From positions 15,376-79,375 of the forward strand of contig JABFSA010000014.1 of the NCBI GenBank assembly GCA_013140775.1: 64,000 bases of DNA. Direction: 5' to 3'. Source of the DNA: Acidobacteriota bacterium. GTDB lineage: Bacteria > Acidobacteriota > Vicinamibacteria > Vicinamibacterales > UBA2999. Both the position numbers and the translations under genes were made by a program. Below are positions 18,068 to 27,712 of the stretch, piece by piece (the first letter of the stretch is position 1; each line of letters begins with the position of its first letter). Under the pieces are notes generated by a model that was given only the letters and a program-made list of their open reading frames with translations, did not search any database and was not told the origin of the DNA.

Positions 18068-19181
18068 TCAACGCCCCGGGAACGTCACGAGCTCGTTGAC
18101 CAGCGGCAGCTCGTTCTCGCGGCGCTGTGGAACGGCGGGTGTCGCTTTGTCGGGCGCCGGTTCCAGGATGAAGACTCGAGAGCGTAGGGAATTCCCTCCG
18201 CGTCGATGGGGCTCGGCCGGTCCACCATGTGGAAGTGCAGATGCGGTTCGGACGAGTTCCCAGTGTTGCCAACCCTGCCGAGCACCTGCCCCTTGCGAAC
18301 CCGGTCTCCGGCCTTCACCTGCACGCTGCCCAGCCGCAGGTGCGCGTATACGGCGTAGGCATCGCCGCCGATGTCGAGTAACACGTAGTTCCCGACGAGT
18401 GTCTGTGGAGTGATTGGCAACACCCGGGCGGTGGGATGCGGCACGTTCTCCGGAATACCGTCGAGCACGTCTCGCACCACGCCATCGTCCACGGCTAGTA
18501 CGTTCGCCCCGAAAGACCGGTAGCTGTTGTTGTCGAGCGGCTCACCGCGGAATGTGCGGCCATCCTCGTAGAGTCGTACCCAGTCAACAGCGAACCGCTG
18601 CGCGATGCGTGCCTGCCCGGCCAGCGCGATGAGCGCTCGACGATGGCCGACGTTGTTGTGAGGCCCGTTCAACGCAAGCCAGCGATCGCCCTCGAGCGGT
18701 GGACCGATGACGCGAGGGAGTGCCGATGAGAGCGGCGCATCGATTCCGTCGATCGTGAACGGAGAGCCTTGCCCGGGCACGGCGTCCTGTGAGTCCGGCG
18801 GCCCTGTCCCAGCCCTCCCCGCCACGTTGAACCGGATGCGATGGGTCAGCGACGTGGGCACTCTCGTTGACGTCAACGTCACCCACACGAACAGCACAGC
18901 GCACCATCGAACTGCGTCCCCTCAAACGAAGCCAGCAACGCCTCTTCCGGTCGTGCGGTATCTCGCACTTCGACGGAATCGAGCCTCGTCGCCATGCCCG
19001 AAAAATTGGTCAGATGGATCTCGTAGGCCAGATGCACGGCTCCGCCCGCCACAAAAGGCCGCGGAGGTACAGGCACGCGGATGTCCAGCGTTGGAAACGT
19101 CGCCTGTGCCTGCGCGACCACGACGGACGCAGCCAGGATGATCGCGACGCCCAGGCTCGCTGTGCGGATCGCAAAGCGCAT
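18068..19181 (-). pseudogene. M23 family metallopeptidase broken by two frameshifts
   Basis: Signal/N-domain ORF 18879-19181 shifts near 18900 into the ORF with RFAVDW, YAHL, GNTGNSSEPHLHF. A second shift near 18173 restores the typical end FILEPAPD...RENELPLVNELVTFPGR-stop. Confidence 0.8.
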
Positions 19182-19232
19182 TGGAAAATTCTAGTTCCTT
19201 CGGGATACGGGCAGATCAGAACGGGACCTACA

Positions 19233-19505
19233 ATGGGCGCCGTGTTCTTCGTGTACATGGTGCGTTGCGCCGACGGGACGCTCTACACCGGCTACGCCCG
19301 TGATCCGGAGAAGCGAGTGCTCGTCCACAACGCAGGCAAGGGCGCGAAGTACACGCGCTCGCGCCTCCCAGTTGTCCTCACCTACGTCGAGGAGTGTGAA
19401 TCACTCAGCGCGGCGCTCAAGCGCGAGCACGAGCTGAAGCCCTGGACGCGCGCCAAGAAGGAAGAGTTGATCGCGTCTACTGGACGTTACCAATCGCCTG
19501 AATGA
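19233..19505 (+). CDS. GIY-YIG nuclease, UPF0213 (YhbQ/YazA-like)
   Basis: [16 protein letters not shown]...[16 protein letters not shown]...ALKRE..LK; start may be GTG 19242. Confidence 0.9.
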   Translation: MGAVFFVYMVRCADGTLYTGYARDPEKRVLVHNAGKGAKYTRSRLPVVLTYVEECESLSAALKREHELKPWTRAKKEELIASTGRYQSPE

Positions 19506-21120
19506 GCTCGGCGTTTGGCGCCACCCTTGGCGCCACGATCGACACATGCTGCGCCACGTCGAGATGCAGTTTCTTCGCGTTGAGATCCAGGGTGCGCATC
19601 CCAGCGGTAGCCGGAGCGGGCTTCGCACCCGGGGCCGCCGGCACAAACAGATCCGCGTTGATCAGAATCTTCTCTTTCGGGAGATAGACCATCAGCATGT
19701 CAGCGGAGTGATTGCCTCTGGCCACCGAAGGACCCGGAACCTTCACGTAGCTCTCGCCAATCTCGTACGCCATATCCTGCACGTGCCAGATCTGCATCTG
19801 CCGCTCGTCGTCGCTGACGACATACTTCCCGATCGACGTGGTACCCCCCACCGTCTCAATCGAGGGAGGCCGGCGGCTGATCATGTACATCGGGTTGAAG
19901 ATGGACATCTGATCAGGGCCCAGGGTTCTCGGAAACGGACTGAAGAGGATGTCGACGTAATAGTCTCTGTTCGACTGGTGGGTGACGACCGTGGTCCCCT
20001 GTGAGAAATAGGTCCGGAGACCGCCAGCATGCGCCATGTGGTGGTTCGTGTTGACCACGTACTGAATCGGCTTACCGGGCGCGAGTCTGTGAACCTCTTC
20101 GATCACCGCCAGCGACCGTGCCTCGTTCTGCGGTGCTTCGACGACGGCCACGAAGTTCTTGAACTCGACGAGCACGCTGTTCATTGGGCCGCCGCCGAGC
20201 AGCCAGACATGATCCGCGAGCTTCTGCGTCACCACCTTGACTGGATCGACCTTCGTTGTCCGGACCACGTCCGGGACCGGGATCTTGTCCACGGCGATAT
20301 TCGCTTTGACGTCCTTGATGGAAACCTGGAAGTAGTTCTCCGCGGGGTTGATCCTGGGATCGCCATGATGGACATGGATCAACCCCGGGAACTGCACGCC
20401 GTTGTAGTCCTTGTATTGCGTGTACCGCATCTCATAGGCCATGTCGCCATAGACCGGGTTCGCGATCCACGTACCGGTGAGCTCGATGAGATTCTTGTCG
20501 TTGATGGTGCCGTTGACTCTGTACTTCCCGTAGTGGAAGGACACGATCGTCACCCACTGCCCAAACATCGAGAGACCGTAGTCCGAGGGACCCACGATCT
20601 GCTGCCTGATGGCAATCGCATCGGTGGCGGCCAACGCCGCCTTGAGGAATCCGTGTGGCGTCAGCATCAGCTCGAGCTGCCGTATATCGGCGTATGGCAT
20701 GCCATCGAGATACAGGCGCTTGTAAGGCATGGGCGTGGTGCCCTTCATGTCCCACGCGAAATCGCCGCTCAGGATGTGGGTGACGTGTTCGTTCGGAACT
20801 GGCTCGTAGCCGTTCGTGGGGTAGTTGCCTTGCGTCTGGTCGTAGTCCAGACGCATGTACTTGGCGTCGAAGTCGATCGTGCGCGTGTAATTGGCCACAT
20901 TGAAATGCGGCCAGTCCGTGTTCAGGTCGTACTGCTCACCGACTTTGGATAGGTAGCCATCGGCGGTGAACTGAATCGACTTCAGATTCGTCGTGCCCAT
21001 CGCCTTGGCGGCGTCCTGCAGGGCCTTCCGGGCATCCACCGCCTGCGCGGACGCTGCCGTGGCGACCAGCATCGTGAACGCAACAAAGAGAGCGGCAAGA
21101 AAGCAGAACTTTCGCGTCAT
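19477..21120 (-). CDS. Large secreted MBL-fold protein with N-terminal beta domain; degenerate motif
   Basis: AGGAG RBS; ASA-Q signal; [10 protein letters not shown]; VVEAP; [16 protein letters not shown]; [22 protein letters not shown]. Confidence 0.82.
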   Translation of the reverse strand: MTRKFCFLAALFVAFTMLVATAASAQAVDARKALQDAAKAMGTTNLKSIQFTADGYLSKVGEQYDLNTDWPHFNVANYTRTIDFDAKYMRLDYDQTQGNYPTNGYEPVPNEHVTHILSGDFAWDMKGTTPMPYKRLYLDGMPYADIRQLELMLTPHGFLKAALAATDAIAIRQQIVGPSDYGLSMFGQWVTIVSFHYGKYRVNGTINDKNLIELTGTWIANPVYGDMAYEMRYTQYKDYNGVQFPGLIHVHHGDPRINPAENYFQVSIKDVKANIAVDKIPVPDVVRTTKVDPVKVVTQKLADHVWLLGGGPMNSVLVEFKNFVAVVEAPQNEARSLAVIEEVHRLAPGKPIQYVVNTNHHMAHAGGLRTYFSQGTTVVTHQSNRDYYVDILFSPFPRTLGPDQMSIFNPMYMISRRPPSIETVGGTTSIGKYVVSDDERQMQIWHVQDMAYEIGESYVKVPGPSVARGNHSADMLMVYLPKEKILINADLFVPAAPGAKPAPATAGMRTLDLNAKKLHLDVAQHVSIVAPRVAPNAELIQAIGNVQ

Positions 21121-21173
21121 GTGTTCTCCTGATTGGGAGCAGAGTCGAGGCGAGGCTTTGAACTCGCGGATCT

Positions 21174-21977
21174 TCACCGCGCCTCGTTGGCGCGGCAGGG
21201 TGTCGGGTCCCAGCCCTGTCGGTCAGGAATCTTTTTGAAGGCGACGCTCGTGATGTACGGCCCTGTCAGATAGACGGGATCCGTCACGATGCTGTCCACG
21301 ACGAGCCAGTCGTCGCCGTTGGGTTCCTTGAAGCGGTCGAAGTGCTCTTCGACCCGCGTGCTCGCACTGTAGGGCACGCCGTTCTTTCGAAGATAGCCAG
21401 GCTGCAGGTCCGTGGTGATGACACGCAGGCCTCCCCGGACGTCTTCAGGACTGTCGGGCCGCCGCGCGCGCAAATCAGCGGCGGGAACACCTTCCCAGTC
21501 CGCGACAGAGTATCCCTGCAGTGACGGAGTCCGGCCGCCAGGTGCCTGGCCGCCGAAGTTGAACAACCGCGTCTGCGTTCCGGAGTCGATGTCCATCCGC
21601 AACGCGTTGTCGCTCGCCCAGGTGATGTTGAGGCGTCCGGGGATCCGCATGATGGCCGCGGCGCCGTAGGACTTGCACTGATCGGCGGCGCTTTCCTTCG
21701 CCGGGTCCCAGGCGCCAGCCAACTTGCGAGCTTCCGCGTTCAGCGGCAGCATCGAGAAATCGCCCTTCGGCGGCACCAGCATGCGCAGGTGCCAATGTTC
21801 AGCGACGACCGACACCCAGGTTCCGGTGAGGTCCTTCGGGGCAACGGCGCGCGCCGGCGGCGCCGGCGCGGCAGGACCCGCTCCCCCTCCCCGCTGCGCC
21901 TCGACCACCGCAGGCATCGCGAGCGCAGACAACAGCGCCAGCGCGCAACCGACTCGACGAACGTGGCGGGACTCCAT
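21174..21977 (-). CDS. Secreted 'large partner' protein, subfamily III (paralog of 16180-16938)
   Basis: APKDLTGTWVS..EHWHLRM; WDPAKE..QCKSYGA; LQPGYLRKNGVPYS; WDPTPC. Confidence 0.8.
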   Translation of the reverse strand: MESRHVRRVGCALALLSALAMPAVVEAQRGGGAGPAAPAPPARAVAPKDLTGTWVSVVAEHWHLRMLVPPKGDFSMLPLNAEARKLAGAWDPAKESAADQCKSYGAAAIMRIPGRLNITWASDNALRMDIDSGTQTRLFNFGGQAPGGRTPSLQGYSVADWEGVPAADLRARRPDSPEDVRGGLRVITTDLQPGYLRKNGVPYSASTRVEEHFDRFKEPNGDDWLVVDSIVTDPVYLTGPYITSVAFKKIPDRQGWDPTPCRANEAR

Positions 21978-22372
21978 CAATCGACGACACCTTCCCACAG
22001 CCACCCGTCGGCCGGGCGCTTGATGCTGAATACCCGCAATCCCTTGATCGATGGATCACGCCGCGGCTCACCGGCGGCGATGATCTTGTCGCCAAGCTTG
22101 ATCGTGGTGCGGGACACCGGATACTTCGATGCGGTCAACTGGCTGCTCGAGCCCCACTCGAGATTCCATGTGTCGGCGACGCCTTCCTTGTTCGTGACGT
22201 CGATGCGAATGAACGAGTGCGGGTTCCGCCACACGAACTCTTTGACCACCCCTTCGACTTCTACCCGCTTGGTGTTGTCGTAGGCGGCGGTGAACGAGTG
22301 ATGAGCAAGCGCGAGGTTGGCCCCGGCCAGCGTCGCAGCGCCCACGAGACATAACACGATCATGCGTTTCAT
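21977..22372 (-). CDS. DUF6152 family secreted protein
   Basis: ALA-HHSFTAAYD, EGVVKEFVWRNPHS, LEWGS; start/stop overlaps with both neighbours. Confidence 0.85.
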   Translation of the reverse strand: MKRMIVLCLVGAATLAGANLALAHHSFTAAYDNTKRVEVEGVVKEFVWRNPHSFIRIDVTNKEGVADTWNLEWGSSSQLTASKYPVSRTTIKLGDKIIAAGEPRRDPSIKGLRVFSIKRPADGWLWEGVVD

Positions 22373-23409
22373 CGGAGTTCCCCTCCTGGGTTCTTTGCCA
22401 GACCCGCATACACGGCATCGATAAACATACTCGTCGTCCACGGACCTGTATTCGTACCATACCGAAGATCGTAGTCCCGGCTCGGCCGCGCGGCCTTGAT
22501 CTGCTCGAGCGTCATACCGCGACCGATCATGTCCTTGACGCGATCGCGCACGATGGCCACCATCTGCTGGTAGTAGACGACTTCCGGTTGATCGACCAGA
22601 CGCCCGCGACCAGGGATCACCAGCGTCCCCGCCTCGGATTTTCTGTTGGGCACGGTCAGTTCGATGAGTCTGTTCAGACCCTCCAGCACCGTATCAGCGG
22701 TGCCTCCCGCCTGGATGTCGATCCTCGGGTAGCCCGTCATGTCTACGAGATCTCCAACGCTGATGACATCGGACGTGCGGAAGTACACGATGCTGTGACC
22801 GTCGGTCGTGGACGGGACATGCATGATGACAATCGACTCCTCGTTGAACGGCAGCTTCTTCTGAGGAGTTGAATACGTGTTGTCGGGCCACGCCCCTTCG
22901 GCCCGTGGGGCTACTTTCCCAGTGGGCGCAGACATCCGCTCAAACGCCGTCAGGTACGAAATGATGCTGGCCTTCTGGATGCCTCGCATCCCATCCGAGA
23001 CCCGTGCATCTTCCGCGGGGCGGAAGGGAATCGTGCTGCCCTTCAAGGCAAGAGCCTCATTGCCGCCGCTGTAGTCTTCGCGATCGCTGGTGTTGATGAT
23101 GTACCTGAGTGGCCGCCGGGAGATCGTTTGAATCGCAGCCCAGACCTGCTCGGTCATGTCAGCCGCACCGGCGTCGACTGCGATCACGCCGTCGTTGCCG
23201 GCATGGATGGTGATGTTGCCGCCGGCGCCAACCAGCATGTGCACGTTGCCCCGCACAGGCACCACTTCAACTTTTCCACGCGCGATCGTGTGGATGGGCG
23301 GCGCCCATGCCCAGGGCGCGTTCTGCGTATGCACACTCTCAGCGATGAACATCAGCAGAGCGCAGGTGGCTAAAGCCACCACGGACCAGTATCTGGAGGT
23401 CCCTGACAT
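22369..23409 (-). CDS. Secreted MBL-fold (cyclase-like) protein with strongly degenerate metal motif (paralog of 16938-17912)
   Basis: GAGGNI, VDAG, NTSDREDYSGGN, STTDGH, SVGD, IPGRG, GMTLEQIKAARP..GPWTT. Confidence 0.8.
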   Translation of the reverse strand: MSGTSRYWSVVALATCALLMFIAESVHTQNAPWAWAPPIHTIARGKVEVVPVRGNVHMLVGAGGNITIHAGNDGVIAVDAGAADMTEQVWAAIQTISRRPLRYIINTSDREDYSGGNEALALKGSTIPFRPAEDARVSDGMRGIQKASIISYLTAFERMSAPTGKVAPRAEGAWPDNTYSTPQKKLPFNEESIVIMHVPSTTDGHSIVYFRTSDVISVGDLVDMTGYPRIDIQAGGTADTVLEGLNRLIELTVPNRKSEAGTLVIPGRGRLVDQPEVVYYQQMVAIVRDRVKDMIGRGMTLEQIKAARPSRDYDLRYGTNTGPWTTSMFIDAVYAGLAKNPGGELR

Positions 23410-24314
23410 CACTGACCCCGATCCCCTTCTCCCATCACGGTCTTCGGACGAGGCAGTGTCTTCATCTTTGCGATGTATTCGGGATACATCGTCTCTACGC
23501 CTCCAAGCCTCGGCTCGTACGGCGTGCCAAACGCGTCGGTCATGTTCGGATCGTGCGCTGGCAGAAAACTCTTGCCAGGCAACGAATGCGGCACCGTTCC
23601 CGGTTCGACGACGGTGCCGGTCGCCTCCTCGCATGGATACGGAGGCAGCACGAGGTTCGGGTCGTTCACCCAGAACAGGGATGTCCGGAGATACGGTGCG
23701 TCCATGTAGATCGGGTCGTAGATGATCACCGTCGCGCGCAGGTAGTTGCCGATGCGTTTCCATCGTGTGCGTACGGTCGCGCGATCGCTCCGCATGGGTC
23801 CCCACCGTCGAAGGTAGTTTTCCTTCAGATGTGTTGTCGTCTGCACGAGCGTGTTGCCTTCGAACTCGCCCAACGAGAAGCCGCTCCAGCTGTAACGCAC
23901 CTGGTCGGATGGCCTCGGACGGTTGTCCAGCCAGATATCCGATTCCTGCTCGCGCATCGACAGGCGGCCGTGAAAGGCGACGATGCGTTGCGTGGAATCT
24001 TCGACCTCGGGGACCCACCGCAACTGCGAGGGTCCTGCCTCAATCGAATAGTCGAACGAGTGCGGACGGCACACCAGTTCGGCAACTTCGAAATTCTCGG
24101 GAACCCAGCTGAGCGCCCGCTGACGCCCAGCCTCGTTGAGCGGCAGGCCGGCGAGGTCGCCGTCCATGCCGCTTCCATCCTGATTCCTGGCGAGCGGCCG
24201 CCAGAGGCCCGCCAGATCCACTTGCGCGGATACCGGCGACGCCAGCGTCACACCCACCAGGACGAGTACCCCACGCGCGAACGCCGTAACCCCAGTCGAA
24301 CGCTTCTGTTTCAC
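23409..24314 (-). CDS. Secreted 'large partner' protein, subfamily II
   Basis: VSA-QVDLAGLW; GLPLNEAGR; VCRP; IWLDNRP; GEFEGNTL; YPC; VPHSLPG; ETMYPEY. Confidence 0.8.
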   Translation of the reverse strand: MKQKRSTGVTAFARGVLVLVGVTLASPVSAQVDLAGLWRPLARNQDGSGMDGDLAGLPLNEAGRQRALSWVPENFEVAELVCRPHSFDYSIEAGPSQLRWVPEVEDSTQRIVAFHGRLSMREQESDIWLDNRPRPSDQVRYSWSGFSLGEFEGNTLVQTTTHLKENYLRRWGPMRSDRATVRTRWKRIGNYLRATVIIYDPIYMDAPYLRTSLFWVNDPNLVLPPYPCEEATGTVVEPGTVPHSLPGKSFLPAHDPNMTDAFGTPYEPRLGGVETMYPEYIAKMKTLPRPKTVMGEGDRGQ

Positions 24315-24361
24315 GAATGCCCCAGTGTGTCCGGATACCCCTTCATTATGGGCGCCTCCAA

Positions 24362-27300
24362 TCAGAACTGGTACTTCAGCGCCAGCTGAATGATGCGCGG
24401 ATCGCCCGCGGAAATAATCTGGCCGAAGGTGCCGCTGTTGAGCGCCGCAACGGGGTCGTCATAGTGCACGCGGTTCAACAGGTTGAACACCTCGCCCCGG
24501 AACTGAACCTGCTGCTTGCCACCAAAGCGGAACGAACGGGTGACGCCCATGTCCACGTTGAAGCGACGGGGGCCCACCAGGCTGTTGCGTTCCAGATTCC
24601 CGAAAGTACCAGCCGCCGGGGCCTGGAAGGCCGCGGGATTGAGCCAGCGCAGCCCGTCCTTCACATACACATCGTCGGATATCTTGTTCGGCCGCTGACC
24701 GGCCTGTCCGTTCAGTGCGTTGTCCACACCCGTCTGGACATCGAAGTGCCTGCCGCTGCGCGCGGCCACGATGGCCGACACCTGCCAGTCGCGCGTCAGG
24801 ACACTGAGTGCGCCACCTTGCGAGCCAGGAATCTGATACACCACCGACATGTTACCGACGTGCCGCTGATCTGTGGTGCCGCAGCTGCCGCGGTCGAACG
24901 CCACGTCGCCCGGCTTCGTGAGATTGATGCCTGCGATCCCCGGCTCGTAGTTGATGACGTCCGTGACGCACTCAGACATCGTGTAGTTACTCGAGAGGAA
25001 GAGGCCCCGCGTTCCGCGATGCTGCAGGGATAGCATCAGCGCGTTGTACTCCGAGGTGCCGACGGGGTTGACAGCATAGATCGCGCCGTACAGCCGACCC
25101 GCCGCGGGATTCTCGAGCGTAAGCAGCCGTCTCGCGGCCGTTGTTGCGGTGGTCGCGCCCGGGCTGTAGATGGCGGGGTTCAGCTGATCGCCGACCGGGA
25201 GGCGGTTACCGCGATTGGCGAGGTAATTCGCTGAGACCATCCACGATGCGCCGAGCTGCCGCTGCAGACTGACGTTCCACTGGTCCGAGTACGGTGGTTT
25301 GCCATCGAGAGGGAACGTGACGAACCCACCGCCGGGCGGGAAGATCATGTCGGCGCTCTCGATGAGCGGGAATGGGTTGCCGCCGGGCGTGTTGACCCAC
25401 GGATCGTCGAACACCGCATTGGTCACGTCGATCTGCGTGCCGAAGGGCGTGAGTCGATCGAACCCGGCGAAATACTGCATGTGAGGCAAGTCGAAGAACC
25501 GGCCCCACGCCGCGCGCACGGTCATACGACCGTCGCCAAGCGGGTCCCACGCCGCGGCCAGACGCGGTGCGAAGTTCGGCAGATACGATTCGTTCTCGAG
25601 GCCAGGATCACCGTCGAACAGCACGCCCACCGGAGCGTTCTTGAACCGTGTGCTGCGAACGCCGGCGCGGAACTGTTCGAGACTGAAGTGATTGAAGCGC
25701 CCGAGATCGTTCTTGTACTGGAAGAACGGATCCCAGCGGAGGCCAACGTTCAGCGTGAGCCTCGGCGTCACCGTCCACGCATCCTGGACGTACGAGCCCA
25801 AGTAGTTCATGTGGCCGAAGGGCGTGAAGGGCTGCGCTTGATTGAACGCCGACGGACGTCCGAGCAGGAAGTCCGCGAGCCCGAGCCCCGTGATACTGCC
25901 GTTGAAGACGAAGTTGCCCGCACCGGCGCCAATCGAATCCCCGTCCAGACCCGAACGGATGAAGTTGAAGCCCACACCAAGTTGGTGCTGTCCGCGGACG
26001 ACGCTGAAGTCGTCGCTGACCTGGAATGCTGTCGTCGCGTACCTGCTGGGTCTGGCGCCAGACGGTCCCATCGAAAAGCCGCCCGACACGCTATAGGGCC
26101 CGAAGCCGGGGAGAGGAATGGCGACGTTCCGGATCCCGAGCGTGCCGTGATCGAAGTAGGGCACGTATTCCTTACGAACATCGGCACTGTTGTAGACCAC
26201 GCGGAACGAATTGACGGTATTCGATCCGAGCAGCAAGGTGTCGCCGATCACAACCGAGTGAATGGTGTCGTTGATTGGACCGTTCGCGTAGGCCAGCACG
26301 TTGTCCGGATCGTTGTCGGGCTCCGACTCGTACTGTGCGAGCTGGTAGCGGCCGAAGAGCGAGTGGTTGTTGTTCAACTGGTAATCGAGACGGCCGACGC
26401 CGAGGTGCTCGAAACTCTGCGTCTTCCGGGCGAAGAAGGTCTGGCCGCAGTCGTTCACCGGCGCGGGTAGCCTCGCCTGGAGGTTACGCGCGGCCGGCGA
26501 GAAGAGCGCCGGATCGACCCGAGTGCCGACGAACGGCGCGCGCAGTGCGATCGTGCGGCCCGCATTGCACGCCGGCGACGTGATCGCGGTGAAATCTCCG
26601 GCCATCATCGCGGGCGTCGGTACGAACTGAAAGAAGTCGGTGGGGGTCACGTTCACGCGGGTGCCCTGGTAGGCGCCGAAATAGAACAGTTTCCCGGGAA
26701 GGATGGGGCCACCCAGCGTGCCGCCGAACTGATCGCGGCGCAGACCGTCATCGCGGCGCTTGCCGTCCGGGCCAATCGACGCAAAGGCGTTCTTGGCATT
26801 GAGTGAGGAGTCGCGCATGAACTCGAACGCACTGCCGCTCATGACGTTCGTGCCTGACTTCGTGACGGCGTTGACGGCCGCGGATGAATGGTGCCCGTAC
26901 TGTGCTGGCAGCGCGCTCGTCTCGACCTTGAACTCCTGCATCGCATCGGGAAACGGCAGGGGCAGGCTCAGATTGTTGAACGGATCGTTGTGCGTGCCGC
27001 CGTCGAGGCTGTACGTCACGCCGTTCGACAGTCCTCCCCCAACGACGATCGTCGTGTTGGGGTAACTGCGGATAGCTGTGTTCAACATCGACGCGCTCGG
27101 CGCGTCGGCGGTGCCCGCTCCGCCCGTCGCCACACCCGACTGGAAGATCAGCTCGGTCAGCTGCCGGCCGTTGAGCGGCAGCTCGAGGACCTGCTCGTTC
27201 GTGATCACCTGCCCGATGCCGGGGTTACGCGTCTCGACCAGCGCCGCACTGCCCTGCACCGTGACGGTCTCTTCGAGCTGGCCGAGCTCGAGCGTCACGG

Positions 27301-27649
27301 CAAGCGTGGGATTCGAGCCGACCTGCAGGACGATGCCGGTCTGGACGTAGGTGCGGAATCCCCCGAGTGACGCCTCGAAACGGTACGGTCCAACCGGCAG
27401 ATTCTGCAGGATGTACGAACCGGTCTCGTTGGTCACGACCGTGCGGGTCAACCCCGTGCCGGTGTTCGTGACCGTTACCGTCACGCCGGGCAGAGCGAGT
27501 CCGCCCTGATCCCGGACGCTACCGTTGATCTGTGCGGTGGCCTGGGCGAATACGGTGGCTGTGGTGTAGTGCGCGGCTTGAGCCGCGCCTGCACAGAGAA
27601 GAAGGAGCCAGAAGCCGCGACGCACGAACGTGGTGAACGCGTGGCACAT
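24362..27649 (-). CDS. TonB-dependent receptor, Oar/acidobacterial type with carboxypeptidase-regulatory-like N-domain
   Basis: DQGGLALPGVTVT, LPLNGR, PFPDAMQEFKV, TKSGTN, QFGGTLGGP, C-terminal PRIIQLALKYQF. Confidence 0.92.
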   Translation of the reverse strand: MCHAFTTFVRRGFWLLLLCAGAAQAAHYTTATVFAQATAQINGSVRDQGGLALPGVTVTVTNTGTGLTRTVVTNETGSYILQNLPVGPYRFEASLGGFRTYVQTGIVLQVGSNPTLAVTLELGQLEETVTVQGSAALVETRNPGIGQVITNEQVLELPLNGRQLTELIFQSGVATGGAGTADAPSASMLNTAIRSYPNTTIVVGGGLSNGVTYSLDGGTHNDPFNNLSLPLPFPDAMQEFKVETSALPAQYGHHSSAAVNAVTKSGTNVMSGSAFEFMRDSSLNAKNAFASIGPDGKRRDDGLRRDQFGGTLGGPILPGKLFYFGAYQGTRVNVTPTDFFQFVPTPAMMAGDFTAITSPACNAGRTIALRAPFVGTRVDPALFSPAARNLQARLPAPVNDCGQTFFARKTQSFEHLGVGRLDYQLNNNHSLFGRYQLAQYESEPDNDPDNVLAYANGPINDTIHSVVIGDTLLLGSNTVNSFRVVYNSADVRKEYVPYFDHGTLGIRNVAIPLPGFGPYSVSGGFSMGPSGARPSRYATTAFQVSDDFSVVRGQHQLGVGFNFIRSGLDGDSIGAGAGNFVFNGSITGLGLADFLLGRPSAFNQAQPFTPFGHMNYLGSYVQDAWTVTPRLTLNVGLRWDPFFQYKNDLGRFNHFSLEQFRAGVRSTRFKNAPVGVLFDGDPGLENESYLPNFAPRLAAAWDPLGDGRMTVRAAWGRFFDLPHMQYFAGFDRLTPFGTQIDVTNAVFDDPWVNTPGGNPFPLIESADMIFPPGGGFVTFPLDGKPPYSDQWNVSLQRQLGASWMVSANYLANRGNRLPVGDQLNPAIYSPGATTATTAARRLLTLENPAAGRLYGAIYAVNPVGTSEYNALMLSLQHRGTRGLFLSSNYTMSECVTDVINYEPGIAGINLTKPGDVAFDRGSCGTTDQRHVGNMSVVYQIPGSQGGALSVLTRDWQVSAIVAARSGRHFDVQTGVDNALNGQAGQRPNKISDDVYVKDGLRWLNPAAFQAPAAGTFGNLERNSLVGPRRFNVDMGVTRSFRFGGKQQVQFRGEVFNLLNRVHYDDPVAALNSGTFGQIISAGDPRIIQLALKYQF

Positions 27650-27712
27650 ATGTCCTCTACCGGTCATAAGAGTGACCGTTTTAGCAAGTGAACGATTCGA
27701 GCCTCGACCTGA

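Noticed and set aside
19233-19505. GIY-YIG gene as a homing endonuclease or mobile element
   Set aside because: Short UPF0213-type protein with no intron, terminal repeats or target duplication visible
16938-23409. Antibiotic-resistance metallo-beta-lactamases
   Set aside because: Zinc-ligand motifs are degenerate and the context is not a resistance locus
22369-24018. 549-aa ORF as a fusion protein
   Set aside because: First ~200 codons are an alternative frame of 23409-24314; signal peptide begins at 23409
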